Assembly: GCA_012295275.1 (NCBI GenBank)
Contig: CM022672.1
Span: 2,542,001 to 2,606,000, forward strand
Length of the DNA stretch: 64,000 nt
Reading direction: 5' to 3'
Source: Chrysomallon squamiferum
Taxonomy: Eukaryota > Animalia > Mollusca
The translations under genes were made by a program, and so were the position numbers. The notes under the pieces were generated by a model. That model did no database searches. It was not told where the DNA came from and was given only the letters and a program-made list of their open reading frames with translations. Shown in pieces: positions 38,823-53,640 of this stretch (positions are counted from its first letter, which is position 1; every line of letters starts with the position of its first letter).

Positions 38823-40358
38823 CCATCATTATCTTCGATTTACTGATTAGAGCAAAAATTATGCATAGAAAAATAAAAGTTTCTGTATTGTTTGCCGAGG
38901 ACAGAATATTTGAGCCTCTTTTACATAACAATTATAATTCTTTCTTAGCTATGTTGTCAGTGTCCTCGAACGTTCCCACAGTCGTATGACAACACAACTT
39001 AATTATTTTTATTTACTCCACTTGTGCAGTGTGCATGTTGATGAAGTCAGTCTAGGTGCTAATTGATTCTGTAGTGTTAATTACGTAACGGAATTAACAC
39101 TTCCGAACAAAATTAACAAACAATTTGGCTGTGAGAATATTTAGGATATTTCGTAATTTACAGTGTTTTTCTTTTTGTTCACCTTTTCCGGCGACTTATT
39201 TTTCCGTTTCTTTTTTTAATTTTAACTATTTTTTTGTCATTAGCGAACAGAGGTTTCTTCAATCTTTTTCATTATATTCTTGCTTTATAGATCAAAATAA
39301 AGGAATAATAGAGAGTATGTTCAATAAAAAGTATATGTATAGAAATCTTGATTAAATACCTTTCTTTCATCTAGTGAAAAACTCAAACATTAAAATGCCC
39401 GCGAAATTAAGCAAACATACAGAAATACAAACATACATTCGCACGTGAATGAAAATGTATATACACATACACTGACACACATGCACATGCACATAATTAT
39501 TTTGATATACACACACACACATACACGAGCACACTCAGATATATTATATATTCAACGAAATCTCTCTAATAATTACAAGCACCGAGATACACACAAACGT
39601 ATTGTTGTACATACACTGTTGTACACATCTATACTAAACTAAACTCATAAAATGTTATATTTTAGACACACACACAATTATACACGAACAGGTAATACAA
39701 ACGTCTCTACTTGAAAGACTTCTTTGATATCGCCTGGCCTCTATTAAAAAACATGTTTGGTCTGAACTTTATTTTCTCGTGCAGCTTTGCCACTTATTTG
39801 CCTTCCTCTGTTTTCAGTCAATAAAATAAAGACAATGATCATTCCAGTGCAAATAAAGAGAACAAACAGCTGAAATTATTAAAAGAAAAAGATGACTGGG
39901 GATGCTGTATTGTTTTCTTCAGTTGTAAGTTGCAGGCTGTTTGCGCTGGTTTTGGTTTCTCAGAAGCCAGTGTTTGTCGCCGTATGTGAAACAATCCTTT
40001 GCAGAGTGATCGAGCTGGGAGTTATTTTGAATCTGGTTATGTTTGCCTTTTACAGCAGTTTGCTTTGAAAATTCTTTGTCGATTTGCAAGCTCTGTGTGG
40101 AAGGCATGGCCAGAGATAAAGACAAGTTTCTCTTTGTTCTGTGCGACTGTCACTGACAATGCTACATTGTGAGTTTTTTTTTTTTTTTTTAATATGATGT
40201 AGGTTACGACGACAGCGTGGTGATCAACATGTCAGAAGGACGATGACCACGGCATGTGTCCAGAAATTAAATGGGATCGTCATGAATTGACAATAGGCAC
40301 GACACCCATTTTTTGTTTACTTTTTTTTTACTTTTTTTTTTTTTTTTATTTATTTAAA

Positions 40359-40393
<35 letters not shown>

Positions 40394-42303
40394 CATTTTT
40401 TTTTCCGTGTGGCTGAGACCCAGGGGGTCGCATTTTTTTTTATCCACGAGGGCGTGTACGATACTGATCTTGGATACGCCCCAGGCACGCCCTTCCCTAT
40501 TTCTGTTGACCGATATTTTTCTTTATAATAAAATTCATTTCATCTACAAAACAAAACATACCACACACATTACGACATCCATCACTTTTCTAAAAAAAAC
40601 ATTGATAGTAATGGATTCGTTGTTTTAGTCTTGGTAATATGAACAAACATAGTTTAATCGAAATAACACAAATGTTTGTGTTTTCGAAATTTTTTTTTTT
40701 TTACAAATGTAGAAATCATGGTATAATTTCTTTCGCAAGAATATAATATAACCCAGTTGTTTTTTTTTGTTTTTTTTTTTTTTTTTTTTTTTTTTTCATC
40801 CATGAGTGTAACGTGTTTAAAATATTTCAGACATGTACTCAACCTGCTTTCTTCAAGGACACTCTGAACATGTCACCGTGGTTCAAGTACATGTAAATGC
40901 ATATTCATATCGTAATGAAATTTAAGATGAGTTGTGAATACGACGTTGATCCGGGGTTTGCCTGAATACATAAACGTTAACACTCGAAATTCAGACAAAT
41001 CAGATAACCCGAAAATACTCACAACAAACGTAAAGATGTGTCTGAAGTTCAAAGCATTTTGTTTAAGCAGTTTGCACCGTGCAGTGCTGATAATTAATAT
41101 ATTAATATCCACGTTTAAAGCAGTTTATCGAGGCGCCTTGCACCGCGATACCTTTGAACTCGAGCAAACCATACAAAACGAAACGTACTTGAAGTACTTA
41201 TTAAGAAATCGCTTTTGCTTAAGGCTTTGTCGCCTATGTGTAATTCGCAGTTACATTGCTTCTAAATAAAATGTTACGAAGCTCGTGAAATCCACTTAGT
41301 TTTCTTAGATCTACATGCATAATAACTTCAGCGTTTTGTGTTGATTGTATAAATAGATTATGTAGGGTCGTATCTCTCTACCGGCTACTTCTTCGAGGTG
41401 ACTGTATAAAATAACTACGTGGTGTCTTCACTCTAACTACAGCAGTAAGACTAACTCTTATCTATATACTGAAAACTACACTGTGAGCCACGAGAGGCGT
41501 GCATTAATTTTCGATATAAACACAGGTCATATAGCTTGGCTAACTGACTGATAAATGGTTGGTTGGTGCGTTGTGTGTTCGTTAAATATGTTAACTAACA
41601 AAGAATTCTTACACTAGTACATAATTACTAAAATGTCATTAATGCCTATAGCCATGAACAAACAAGCATGCTGTTTTTGTTCAGTGGTATGTAATAATGA
41701 ATCGTTACCAAAAATGGCATCTGTGGCATAAAGGTACGACGTGGCAATAATGACAACAAATGAAATCAAGCAACAACTGTTATTATTTTTGTCTTTTTTC
41801 ATTATCCTTTGTCAACACGTCAAAAATGTTTTCCTTTTGCCATGTTATTTGGTTTTCATTGTACAAACAGACATTTGTTTTTGGAAACGGGCCAGACCAT
41901 TGGTTATGACAAACACAGTTTCTGACGCGCTGCTCTGTGATAATATTATTGCTATTTATTAATCAGTTAGCGTGTGGAACTGGGATTTGTTTTCCACGAA
42001 AAACACGGGAAGGTTGTTGTCCACGAAAATACGACAGAAACTGTTACACAAATTACGGGATGTTCCGATTAAGACGTGTTTGTTCGACCGAAATTATTAC
42101 AGAACTAGTTCATGATATTACAATGATTTAATTGACTGTTGTAGTTAACTCGAAATTTTAATTTTAAAATTTATTAACAAAAGAAATTCTGATGAAACTA
42201 GACAAAGTGTATATATATATATATATAAAGAAAAATATGCAAGAAAGTGACAAATACTGAATAAGTGACAGTAACAGATAGAAAAGATACTTTGAGTTAT
42301 TTT

Positions 42304-42369
<66 letters not shown>

Positions 42370-42451
42370 ACTGAATGAATCGACTCAGAGGGAAAGATAC
42401 AGACCAATACATCAAGAGAAAGAAAATGACCGAGTCGTAAAGAAGACAAAG

Positions 42452-42484
<33 letters not shown>

Positions 42485-42929
42485 TACAAACACACAGACA
42501 CACACACAGACACACACACATACACACAAACGCACACACAGACACATACACACATGCAAAGTAATATTTAATGCACAGTTTTACAACAGAACTCGAGATG
42601 CTGAATATTTGTAATTATCGCATACTTATTGCAGAGAACGAGAGAAAAGAAACAGAAAGAACAGCGAAACAAACATACTGACAGACAGCCTCAAAGTCAT
42701 AAATGAATAAGCAACTAAAAGAGCTAACAGAGACAAAGAGCCAAAGAATTTTTTTTTTTTTTACCTGGCCGCATTTTTATTGAAACTAAAGTATTTTTAT
42801 CTTTCCCTGTCGGAACCGGCGTCAGTCAGACTGAGGGCAAAAAAAAACAGATTAAAATATTTTCTGTTTGCTGTATGCAAAAATGTGTCATTAGAGTTTA
42901 TATAGAGATCTGAAAAATAAAATATGATT

Positions 42930-43424
42930 AGAAGCAGAAGTGGTAGTAATAGTAATGATTGTAGTTGCAGCAGGATTAAGGTTATTCTAATGGCTGTTGT
43001 AATAATAGCAGTTAGAAGTAGCAGTAGTATTAGAAGTAGTAGTAGAACTAGATGTAGTAATAATAGTTATAGTTGTAGTAGTAGTAGAAGCTAGACTAAC
43101 AATAGTAGATGTATTATTAGTGATACTAGTACTAGTAGTAATAGTTGTAATGATAATAATAGCAGTAATAATACTACTTGGTGCTACTAAAACCAGTGGT
43201 TGTAGAAATAACTGTAATAGTGGTTATTCTGAAGTCGTAGTATAAGTCGTAGTAGTAGTAGTAGTACTAGTAGGAGTAGGAGTAGCAAAATTAGTTACTG
43301 TTGATGTTAAAGATAATCAGGCTGTTTACGAGGACTATGATGATGATGATGATGACGATGATGATGATGATAATAATAAGCTTTTATTAACTTTCCAGAG
43401 GCGTTCCTATCATGCTTACACAAA

Positions 43425-43463
<39 letters not shown>

Positions 43464-43465
43464 AT
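42930..43465. repeat. Degenerate (TAG)n region followed by (GAT)n and (TAAA)n
   Basis: Low-complexity trinucleotide and tetranucleotide repeats. Confidence 0.85.
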
Positions 43466-44674
43466 AGAAAAGATAGAAGATAAAAGTTATAACGCAGGCA
43501 ATGTGGATGGGAAATGAAAGTAATTATTAAGACAGCTAAGTTAACTTAAACCAGAATGTGAGAGCGCCAAAGAAAACATGGATGTTGAATACAGGTAATT
43601 AACTGAATTTTAATGAGTGATGGATAACAGAGGTGAGTGAGATGGAAAATTGGAGGCTAACTCTAAATCAGTTGTTATGAAACCGTCACATGTTAAACAC
43701 AGCAGCGTGGGAACATATTTGTAATAAAATATGGATTAGATATTTTTTTTTTTTTTTTTTTTTTGTGGTTGTGTTTGCTACGTGTTTATGTGTCTAGATG
43801 TCTACAAGGTAAAAACGTAAATGAATGCATTTACACACACACACACATATATATTATATACATACAGACTCACAAAATACACACATATGTACATACATTC
43901 ATACATACATACACACACACATACATACATCAGTATAAAAATAAACACATAAATGTTTTATTTAGAGTGTTTCAACTATAAATACATATGTAATAAATTA
44001 GTAATTCCATTATATACGTTTGTCTGTTTGTTTGTTATTTCATTAAAATACCTAATTAAATTCAAAACGCCTCAGTCAAGATCCTAATCGCCTTTTTATT
44101 TATTTTATTAAAAAAAAAAAAAAAAAATCCTTTAAATGAACATCGTTAATGTAAATACATTCTTTCATTCTTTCTTTTCGTCTGTTTAAAGTTCATGCAT
44201 TCTTCCAGTAAATAATAGTATTCTAAAACACTACATTAAAGCCAATCTTCTTCTGTTGCCTTTCGATTTTAATTCTTGTTTTTCTTTTTTTTTCTTCCCT
44301 GATTTACAAGACACTCATAACAATTCCAGTCCACTTTTTTCCTGGAAGCCTCGTAACGTGCTTAAACGACAGATCTCTTGTCGTTTGTTTCACCGTTTGT
44401 TTCCAGTTTTAAGTGATTAACCGTGTAGTTTGAACGCGACGTGTTTGGCAAAGGCTGTAACCAGTCTGCACCATTGGAAATCACTGAAGAAGACCTTTAG
44501 AGTGTCGGAAATATGTTGAAGCGAAACCGAGATTATCTTATTCTGCCTTTTTTTTTTTTTTTTTTTTTTTTTTGGTTTGTTTTGTTGGGTTTTTTGTTTT
44601 TTCTTTTTTTATGTTGCAGATTTTTGATAGGTAATATAAAAGATAAATGCTAATGTAGTAGTAAGTAATAATAA

Positions 44675-44705
<31 letters not shown>

Positions 44706-45719
44706 AAGGAGAAGGAGGAGGAGGATATTGAAAAGAAATGGAGTGTATATTGGTTGCAATAATAATATTAATAATAGAAACAAAAGTATTAAGATTTTGT
44801 TATCTTTAAATATATATGCTTTTTTATTTTTGTTTTTCATTATTATTTATTTATTCGTTATTCATCCATTTGTTCTTCATTTAAATTTTTTATTATCATT
44901 ATCTGCACATTATGGTTAATTATGTACACCCTATTAAATTATTTATCCATAAAGCTAATTATAGGATTAAAATCTGCGTTGAAGTTGTTAGTTTTATTTT
45001 TTATTACTATTTCTTTCTTTTTACGCTTTTTAAAAATTATTATTTTTATTTATTTAATTTTTTACATTTTATTTGTTCATTTTTGTTGTTGTTGCTGCTT
45101 TTTGTTTATTACTTTTTCTTCTGTCGAGACTTTTTTTTCTTTTTCTCCGAAAGCTACGGAGAACGAATGTTATACTTGTCTGAATAGTACTTTCTGCGGT
45201 ATCTTTTTTTTTTTTTTTTTTTTTTGAAACGCCTATGAACAATTCTCTAACAATCAGGATGTAAATCAGGTTAAAAATCAGACAACACACTTTACCAGTA
45301 TAAAAAGCGGCGACTATTTTCGTGTGAAGAAGTAGGTGCAACACACGCACGCACACACACACACACATACAAACACAAACACACATACACACCTGAAAAC
45401 AATATTTGTATCATCATAAAGCATACCATCCTGTTATACGATCCTGTTGTCCATCGATCCACACAGAATCGAAACCAAAAATAAAGCCATTATAAATATT
45501 TAAAACTTATTAACCTACTTCATCGAAACAATGGTAATGATTTAACTATTTATCTAGAACGCGAGAGAATGTCATAAACCTGTTTCGACTTACGATGAAG
45601 AAGGCAAAAAAAAAAAATCGTGTAGGAGAAACCACAAAATGGCTTCTTAACCATCACATAAACAGATAATGTTTTGGAAGAGATTATTGTGTTGGCTCGA
45701 ATCTAATTTAGAAACTGCT

Positions 45720-46010
45720 TCAGCCAGCAAGATGCGTGATTAAACCGATTCACTCGTGGTTATCAAGTGGATCCAAACGAAGTTCAGCATTTTCAACACG
45801 AATGTTTTTTTCTTTTCTTCTGCACGCTTTTTTTTATAAGATAGAGCACGTGTTTACTTCCTGCTTCGCTCGTTTATCTTTCCGCACTCCGCGAAGGTCT
45901 GCTTCGTGCGCGCGCTCGGCGCGTGGGAAACCATCACCGTTTGATCAGCAGATAACGAGAGATGATGGTCTGTACGATTTCCAAATAAATACAGCCCAGT
46001 GGTAGTTCCA
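45720..46010. promoter_or_regulatory. CpG-rich regulatory island with overlapping E-box/Fox/ETS motifs and a CSL site
   Basis: CACGTGTTTACTTCCTG at 45847-45863, a CpG cluster cgtgcgcgcgctcggcgcg, and CGTGGGAA at 45922-45929. Confidence 0.5.
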
Positions 46011-47929
46011 GCTGTAATCTAAATAAATCTTTGTCCAGGATCGAGTTCTGCAAATGTTGCTGAACAACTGAGATTTCTCTGTTTAACGTGGTTTACACTG
46101 CCCCACGATTTGGGATAACGATTAAAAAACATTTCCTGTTGCACAGATGAAGGAATTTTGTGGTGGATACAAAGATGAATCGATAAACCGATAGGCGCAG
46201 AGACAAATTAATAAATATATGAACAGATAAAATAACGAATGAAAGTCTAACAGTCATCCAAGTACAAACAAGTCAGCCAAGTCCAGTGCTGGGTAACTTT
46301 TTTTTTTTTTTTTTTTTTTTTTTTGAGAACAGAAAATCTGATTTCTTATTCGTAGATTTTTGACGAATTGTAAGTTTCTTCTACAATCCCAAATATGAAA
46401 TGAATAGCACTATGTTAAGTTTTCTGAACTTTGCTTTGTAGTCCGTTGTAGCCACTGTTGCTCAGCAGTTATATTAAATACCGTTTTATTTATTCTTTGA
46501 GTTAAAGTGAGTAACAAATGATCCATTTTCTTTATGCCTAGTTTGTAGTAAAAGTATATAAAGATTGTAAAGCAATGTATTATTTTCTCTTCCACAGTCT
46601 TTATCATCACTACGAGAATACATCATAAGTTTGGCATAATATTGTGATGATCGCTATTATTGAAAAGCTTTTAGTAAATACCCATGCATTTATTAATTCT
46701 TTCTTTTTTCTTTTCTTTTTTTCCTTCTATTTTTATTTTTATTTTTTTTTTTTTTTTTTTGCTTTTTCCCAAAGCTAGAGTCATTCTTCCAAAAGCTCGC
46801 TATAAAAACATTTCTCTTTCAGTAACTGTTTAAAATGCAAGTGATGTGTTGTTGCTCACGGAGAACATGTGTTCTTCCCGGTCCGAACGTTTGGTCATGA
46901 TGTTCCCTCGTGCTATGTAGGCAGCGCAAATAACGTGTTTGTTTTACTGTCCTGGCAAAACACCGGTGGTATGCATGGACACACTAAACTCGGACTTGCT
47001 GGCGCTTACGGTGTCCAGTCTGAGACGGGATGTGTGCTTGTTGTCACCCAATTACAAAAGACACAAAATAAAACAATATTATAAAATCCTGTCGCTTGAA
47101 ATGTCCAAGTGGTGATAGTAGTATTAGCTTAAGTGAGAAGCAGCAGAAGATCTTGTAGTAAGAGGTAGTGGTAGTTCTTGTAGCAGAAGATTGAAGTTGT
47201 AGTAGTGGCAGTAATAGTAGTAGTGAATGTAGCAGTACTGGTAACAGCAGACAGCAGTAACTAAAGTAGTAGTTTTCGTTGTAGTAGTAAGTAGCAAGTA
47301 GTAGTAGTAGTTTTTGTTGTAGTAGTAGACAGCAAGTAGAGTGGTAGTAGTAGTAGTAAGTAACAGTAAATCAGTGTTATCTTTATTAGGTAGTATAACT
47401 GCTATTACCTTTGTCTTTAACAAGGACAGAACGAAGAACAAACGATGCTGATAGTTCTTATTGTGGTTTCACTTGCAGTCGTAAAAGTATTACCAGTGTT
47501 GTGATGCTGATACTGCAGTTGTTGTAAAATTAACGTCATCAATATTCGATGTTCTTCAAAGAGCAGAAAATTCGACTAATACAAAGGATTACTTTACCTA
47601 GAATTGTGTGGCTGTTATAAAAATATTAGCATAGCCCCTGGGAATATACTGACACAAGAAAACGTGTTTAGGGAAACTGTTAACAAAATTTGTTTATCGT
47701 GAATTCTCGAAACGCAATGTGATAATAGTACTGTTTACGAACTGTTACTGCAGTCATAACCGAGTTAAGTTATAAAAATGTGAGAGAAAAAAAAAAGAAA
47801 TACTGTTTCGTTAACAAATCTTCCTAGAACACATAACATTTACTCACAGAGAGCAATAAATATCTGTCTCCAATTTCTTTTTACGCTCAGTATACAAATA
47901 AATCCGAAAACCTCTTTCCCTTTCCTTAG

Positions 47930-48023
47930 GCCAATCTCATTAGAGGTCCAAGAATGCGATATTGTACACCAGAAGGATATGCAGGTTTTCTGAGGATCTC
48001 CGGGAATATCGATTCGTGTTGAT
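47930..48023 (+). other. Candidate 94-nt exon
   Basis: Strong acceptor ctctttccctttccttag|G and donor GAT|GTAAGG. Frame 0 reads ANLIRGPRMRYCTPEGYAGFLRISGNIDSC then stop; the other frames are closed. Confidence 0.3.
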
Positions 48024-48749
48024 GTAAGGTACAACTGTCCTTTGTGCACAAGGACGTGTAATCAGCCACGTAAAATGGGTTAACTTACGACTTCGATAAA
48101 TCGAAGATCTTCCAAAGTCTTGCAGCTAATCTTCTGAATGGGTAGATAAAAGTTAACGTATCTTGATAAATATTTTTTTTTCAATTAAGCTAATTGTTTA
48201 CGAAGATTCCGTAGATGAAAACATGAAGTCGTAATAAGGAAAGGATTTGACGTTTACAGCAATGAGTTATTACTATGATAAGTCTTGGCCAGCGGAATCG
48301 ATATCGTCCTCGTAGATTTTTGTTTTTCGCTTGAAAGATGGACAAGAGCGAAGAGAATAAAATTTTTTTTTTTTTTTCTGGAAAGGGTGGCCGTTTCCAT
48401 GATAATACTGATCTTCGAGGATTAAGTAATGCTTTAGTGTAGAAACTTGCCAAAAGCTGCAACCATCATAATGTTGGTGGAGACGTTTGTAAATCTAATA
48501 ATATGGCGAAATCGGAAAATAAAATTATTATCAGTTTTGCTAGGCTGTGTATATTTATTTAATAGTTTGTCTTCAACAATCCTTTCCACACTTTCCACGT
48601 ATAAACATTCGTGATGGTTACAAAGAAGATATATATATATATCACTGCAGTTTTTTATTTCACTACCACCTCAGCAACAACTGCTACAATTACTGTCCTT
48701 TGTTTTTATTCATTTCTCTCTTTCTCTTCTTCTGTCTTTTGTGTATCAG

Positions 48750-49102
<353 letters not shown>

Positions 49103-50682
49103 CTCATTTTTATCTATCTTTACTTTATGTTTATTTTGTATCTCAATGTTCCACATGCGCACACATTCCACTTTCTAAACCAGTTTTTCTGCTCTGGTTT
49201 GACCTCGTCTGACTCGACTCATATCGAATACTGATCTTCATTACAAAAGACAGATTTCGTATCAAGGTCACAGATATATTTTAACGTACCACTGCGTCCT
49301 CAGGCCATCTAGACAGCATTCTTTTGTATGATTTCTCTTCTGTTGGTTCGAAATATGTATTCATTGTGGTAATCATATGTGATATGCTAATAAAAAACTA
49401 TACTAACGATCAGTTGTACATTATATATTTAGTGTGTATGTGTGTGTGTGTTGTGTGTAGTATGCGTGATTCTAATACCATACTTAATGCTATGTTATTT
49501 ACCCTGGAATATTTTCTTCTTCTTCTTCTTCTTCTTTTTCCTCTCTGTCTTTCTTTCTCTCCCACCTACACACATACACACACACACATACACATGCACA
49601 CATGCACACGCTCGAAATCATAAACACCTTTTCCTTAGTATTTTTATTTGTTTTGCCTTCTAAATACAGTGCAATGTATTTTATATGTCATTTAACAGCA
49701 GGCACTGGTATATTTTTAGACATTTGAATAAAGACGGTATTAATGTTGATATGATATCCTGTGGGACGGTACAAAATAATGAATGAAAAGCACAATTAAC
49801 CGGATAAATCTCTTTGACAAAAACATTTTACTCATTGCAAAAGCACTTTGATATAAGCGTTTCACAGCCCAATATATCGTGGAAACAGTGACAAAGATAA
49901 TGAGTTTGTAGGTGTTGGTTATGTTATTCATTTTTAGTTTGTCATTTTATTTTTTTTTTTTTATCTTTTTTTTTTTTCCACTTTTGGTGCACGTTGTAAA
50001 ACTGTGCCTGTCAGTAAATAAAATAATAGAAGAAAATAAAGAAGATAATTACGATGATGATGATGATGATGATAAATCTGTTAATAATCGTTACGATTGT
50101 AACTGTGGTGAATATAAGAAAAATGATTACGAATAGTTCGATTAAAAATTTAAAATTCTCACCTAAAATCAACACACAGGTATCAATGAAAATTAAAAAT
50201 ACGTATAAAAATATAATATATATATATATATGTTAAAATAATGTATTAGGCAATTTATATTATATATAAAAAAATAGCAATTTAAGTGACCTCGAATTTT
50301 TCTAAACATATGTTCTATTCTTACGGCTTCATTTATTTTCATAGCACCATCTGTTTGCAATACTTATTTATTACTTGCACGAGTCATCTATAAATCTAGT
50401 GGAAAAAAAGGCATTGCTGCTGCTGATAAGAAGTCGTATCAATTACATAGATGTGGATAAAGATTCTTTGCCAAGTAAACACTGTACGTTTGAAACAAAA
50501 AATACATATATTAAAACATTTCAGTACAACTGAAAGAGTAGAGTTTTAATTCTTAAATTTTATTTATTTTATTATTTATTTATTTATTTATTTATTTATT
50601 ATTCTTATGAATATTATTATGATTATTATTATTACTATATTATTATTATTATTATTACTATATTATTATTATTACTATATTA

Positions 50683-50716
<34 letters not shown>

Positions 50717-51398
50717 TGCTAATACTATTACTGCAATAACTAATATTACTACTTCTTATTCTTCTTCTCCTCTTATTCCTTTTACGTTTTCTCTTCATTT
50801 GTTTTTTCCTTCATCATCATCATCATCCTTATCATCAACCATTTCGTCTCTTCTGTTCAGACTCTTATGTCAGTGGTCGTTGTAAAGTAGGCTACGACAT
50901 CCGACTGGGTTCAGTGGCTGAGATCTCATCACTGCGATGGGTTTTTCACCTTCTGGTCAGTATTACACTCACTGGGTATCAGAATCAGACTCGTTTCAAG
51001 ATACGCGCTACCTGAAACCAAGCCTCCCTACTTTAGTATGAGATTCTAGTTGACATTCCATGGCGTTCAACGATAACCGTGTTAAATAAACCTTCTCTAA
51101 AGATAGGATAACGTTACAGGGTTGGTTTTTTTTTATTTTTTTATTATTCAAACAACTAGCCGATTTGCCTCGGATCCGTTACAAACCATTGTTTTGAGCA
51201 TTGTAGAGACTGAAATGGTTGTATATTATATCTGTTACTGTCCGTGTGTGTTGCGCGAGTTGTTCATTTCAGGACGTTTATTCAGTTTCAATATTCTTAA
51301 GGGTGACTTAAAGAGATTTCAAGAAAAAGAAATGTAAACAAGTTAATTTTCAGTGACACCATAGATATCATCTGTTCGTCTGACTACGTTGCAGTTTA

Positions 51399-51442
<44 letters not shown>

Positions 51443-52660
51443 TATGTATGTATGCATGCATATATTTGTATGATACATGTATGTATGTATGTATGCATGC
51501 ACGAATGTATATTTTTGTGCATATATATGTATATATGTATATATGTGTGTATGTATGCATGTATTTTTATGTTGTTATTATCTCCAGTACCACATAAAAA
51601 AATACACATAAATGCGAATAATATTACTACATAAATATATTTTGTATTCTGTTTCGAATCAGAATCATTGCATTATTAAAGACGAGAGACTAATATATAA
51701 AGTTAACATTTTAGCTATTATTTCGTTTGTTAATTAAAAACAGATAAAATTTCAAACGGGAACATATCCTTGCAATATTTATCGTAAATATCCATCCACA
51801 TTTCCAGCAATGACCATGCAACGCGAGCCGATCATTTCAGTGACTAGCAGATTAAATCCAGCGATAAACCACAATTACTTAATAAACCCAGTTATCATTC
51901 TTTGCAGTGATCAGTGGATTAATCTGAGAAAGTTCTGGCCAATGCATGGCCATCAATCTTGGAAGAAAATAAACCCAAAATGTTACCACTGACTGATTCA
52001 AGAAAGACCTCAAGTGATGGATACATACACGTGTTAATCTTGCACAAAGAACACTGATTAATGAAAGCATACACAGATGATAGAGTACACACCAAAATTA
52101 ATCACAAACATAATTAGATGAAGTTCACCGATTTATCATAGATTACAAGTTACTGGAGGCTTTGAAATTCAATCAGTGAACTTCAGTAACGTCAGAAATA
52201 AGACAGTATACTAAGTGTTTTGTTTAACATGGGGATGCGACTTATCTCCAAGAATTACCCTAACCAAACAACTATCGAAATAACCAATTAACGTTACTAA
52301 CGTCTGAAATAGTATAGCTTACTGTTTAATCCAGGAAATTAATTAATTTCATTTGATACTCGATTGATATGTTAACCAAAAAGCATCAAGGAGATATCTG
52401 TAGTAAAGCAGTAACAAAAACATTTTTTTATTTTTTATAAGTGAACGTTCCTCAACAACACTTGGTTATTTTAATGATAACGGTTATAAGGTGTCAGATA
52501 TATGTTTAAGTAATGGTGTTCATTACGTTTGCATATTCATGAATCCACCACTGCACCATATCCATCTTCTTTGCAATAACAAATAAAAAAGGCGTTCCCA
52601 CGTAGACTTGTTTAAGGATTCCCGTGGTTGGAAATGTCAGAGGTACAGAACGCGGCTTAC

Positions 52661-52738
52661 TCTAACAAACCGTGTCCCACTCCGGAGGACAAACTGCGTG
52701 GACAAGACCTCGGTCAGGACTTTTGGAAATTGTGTCAT
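52661..52738 (-). other. Candidate first coding exon, MTQFPKVLTEVLSTQFVLRSGTRFVR| (phase 0)
   Basis: The ATG at 52738 is open for 26 codons to an AGA|GTAAGC donor, in a CpG-rich island. Confidence 0.2.
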
Positions 52739-53534
52739 CTGGACGCAGAGTTAAATCTCGACATCAACCCGAGCTTTTTTCCTTCTTTTAACGCGTAAAC
52801 CGAGTTGACATTTTGCCAAACCGAAGATGAAGAGAATTTGGCCCGTTTCGTTATTGTAACGTAAAAAAGTCAAAGGTTACATGTGTTTTACGTGTACCTA
52901 ATAAAACCTAATACAGCAAATGAATCAGGCAAATGGTTTGTATGAAGAAAACAAGCAGTGTTCTGCAGCTGGTGGCGAGCGATGAGAAGAGAAAAGTTTG
53001 GGTAGAGCTAGATGTACTGATCAGACCACTGATTCACATTTTATAAGCTTACGTACATACATGTATCCTTGCATAACTACTTGCATACCTCCTTGCATAT
53101 ATACATACATACATACTTAGATGCATACATACATACATACACAAAGTATTAATTATGTATGACTGTATGTATTTACTGTGTATGTATGAATACATATATG
53201 CATTCACACATACACAATAAATACATAATTAATACATTTATACACGTACATACACGTACATACTACATACACGTAGTTTTATATACACATCAGTTACGTA
53301 TTTAAAACAGCATACAGATAGAATGATAAAGGCGTGTACAGACGTTCTGAAAAACGCTCGTACTCGTACTGAAACAGATTCATTCGTTTTAGATGAGTGT
53401 ACCTGCGCATGTTCTCATGACAATTATTGTTAAAGGGAATACACATTTATGAACATGAACGTCAAAGATAACACTCTACCCTTTTACAGTAGATAGCAAT
53501 GGCTGTTTTGATGCGCCTTCCGATAAACGTGAGA

Positions 53535-53640
53535 AACAGTCAGTAGGTATTGGCAAGGAGTGTAGAAGGACCCACAGGAGGCACGGAGGAGAATTGATCC
53601 AGCGACCCACGCCCGCACTCTGCCGCTAAGCTACATGCGA
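53535..53640 (-). mobile_element. tRNA-derived SINE 5' head remnant
   Basis: Minus strand reads GTAGCTTAGCGGCAGAGTGC...GGTCGCTGGATCAATTCTCC. This gives a Pol III A box (TAGCTTAGCGG) and a degenerate B box, with no intact cloverleaf. Confidence 0.55.

Noticed and set aside
53580-53640. tRNA gene
   Set aside because: The A box is present, but the anticodon arm and acceptor stem are missing and the B box is degenerate. It is better explained as a SINE head.
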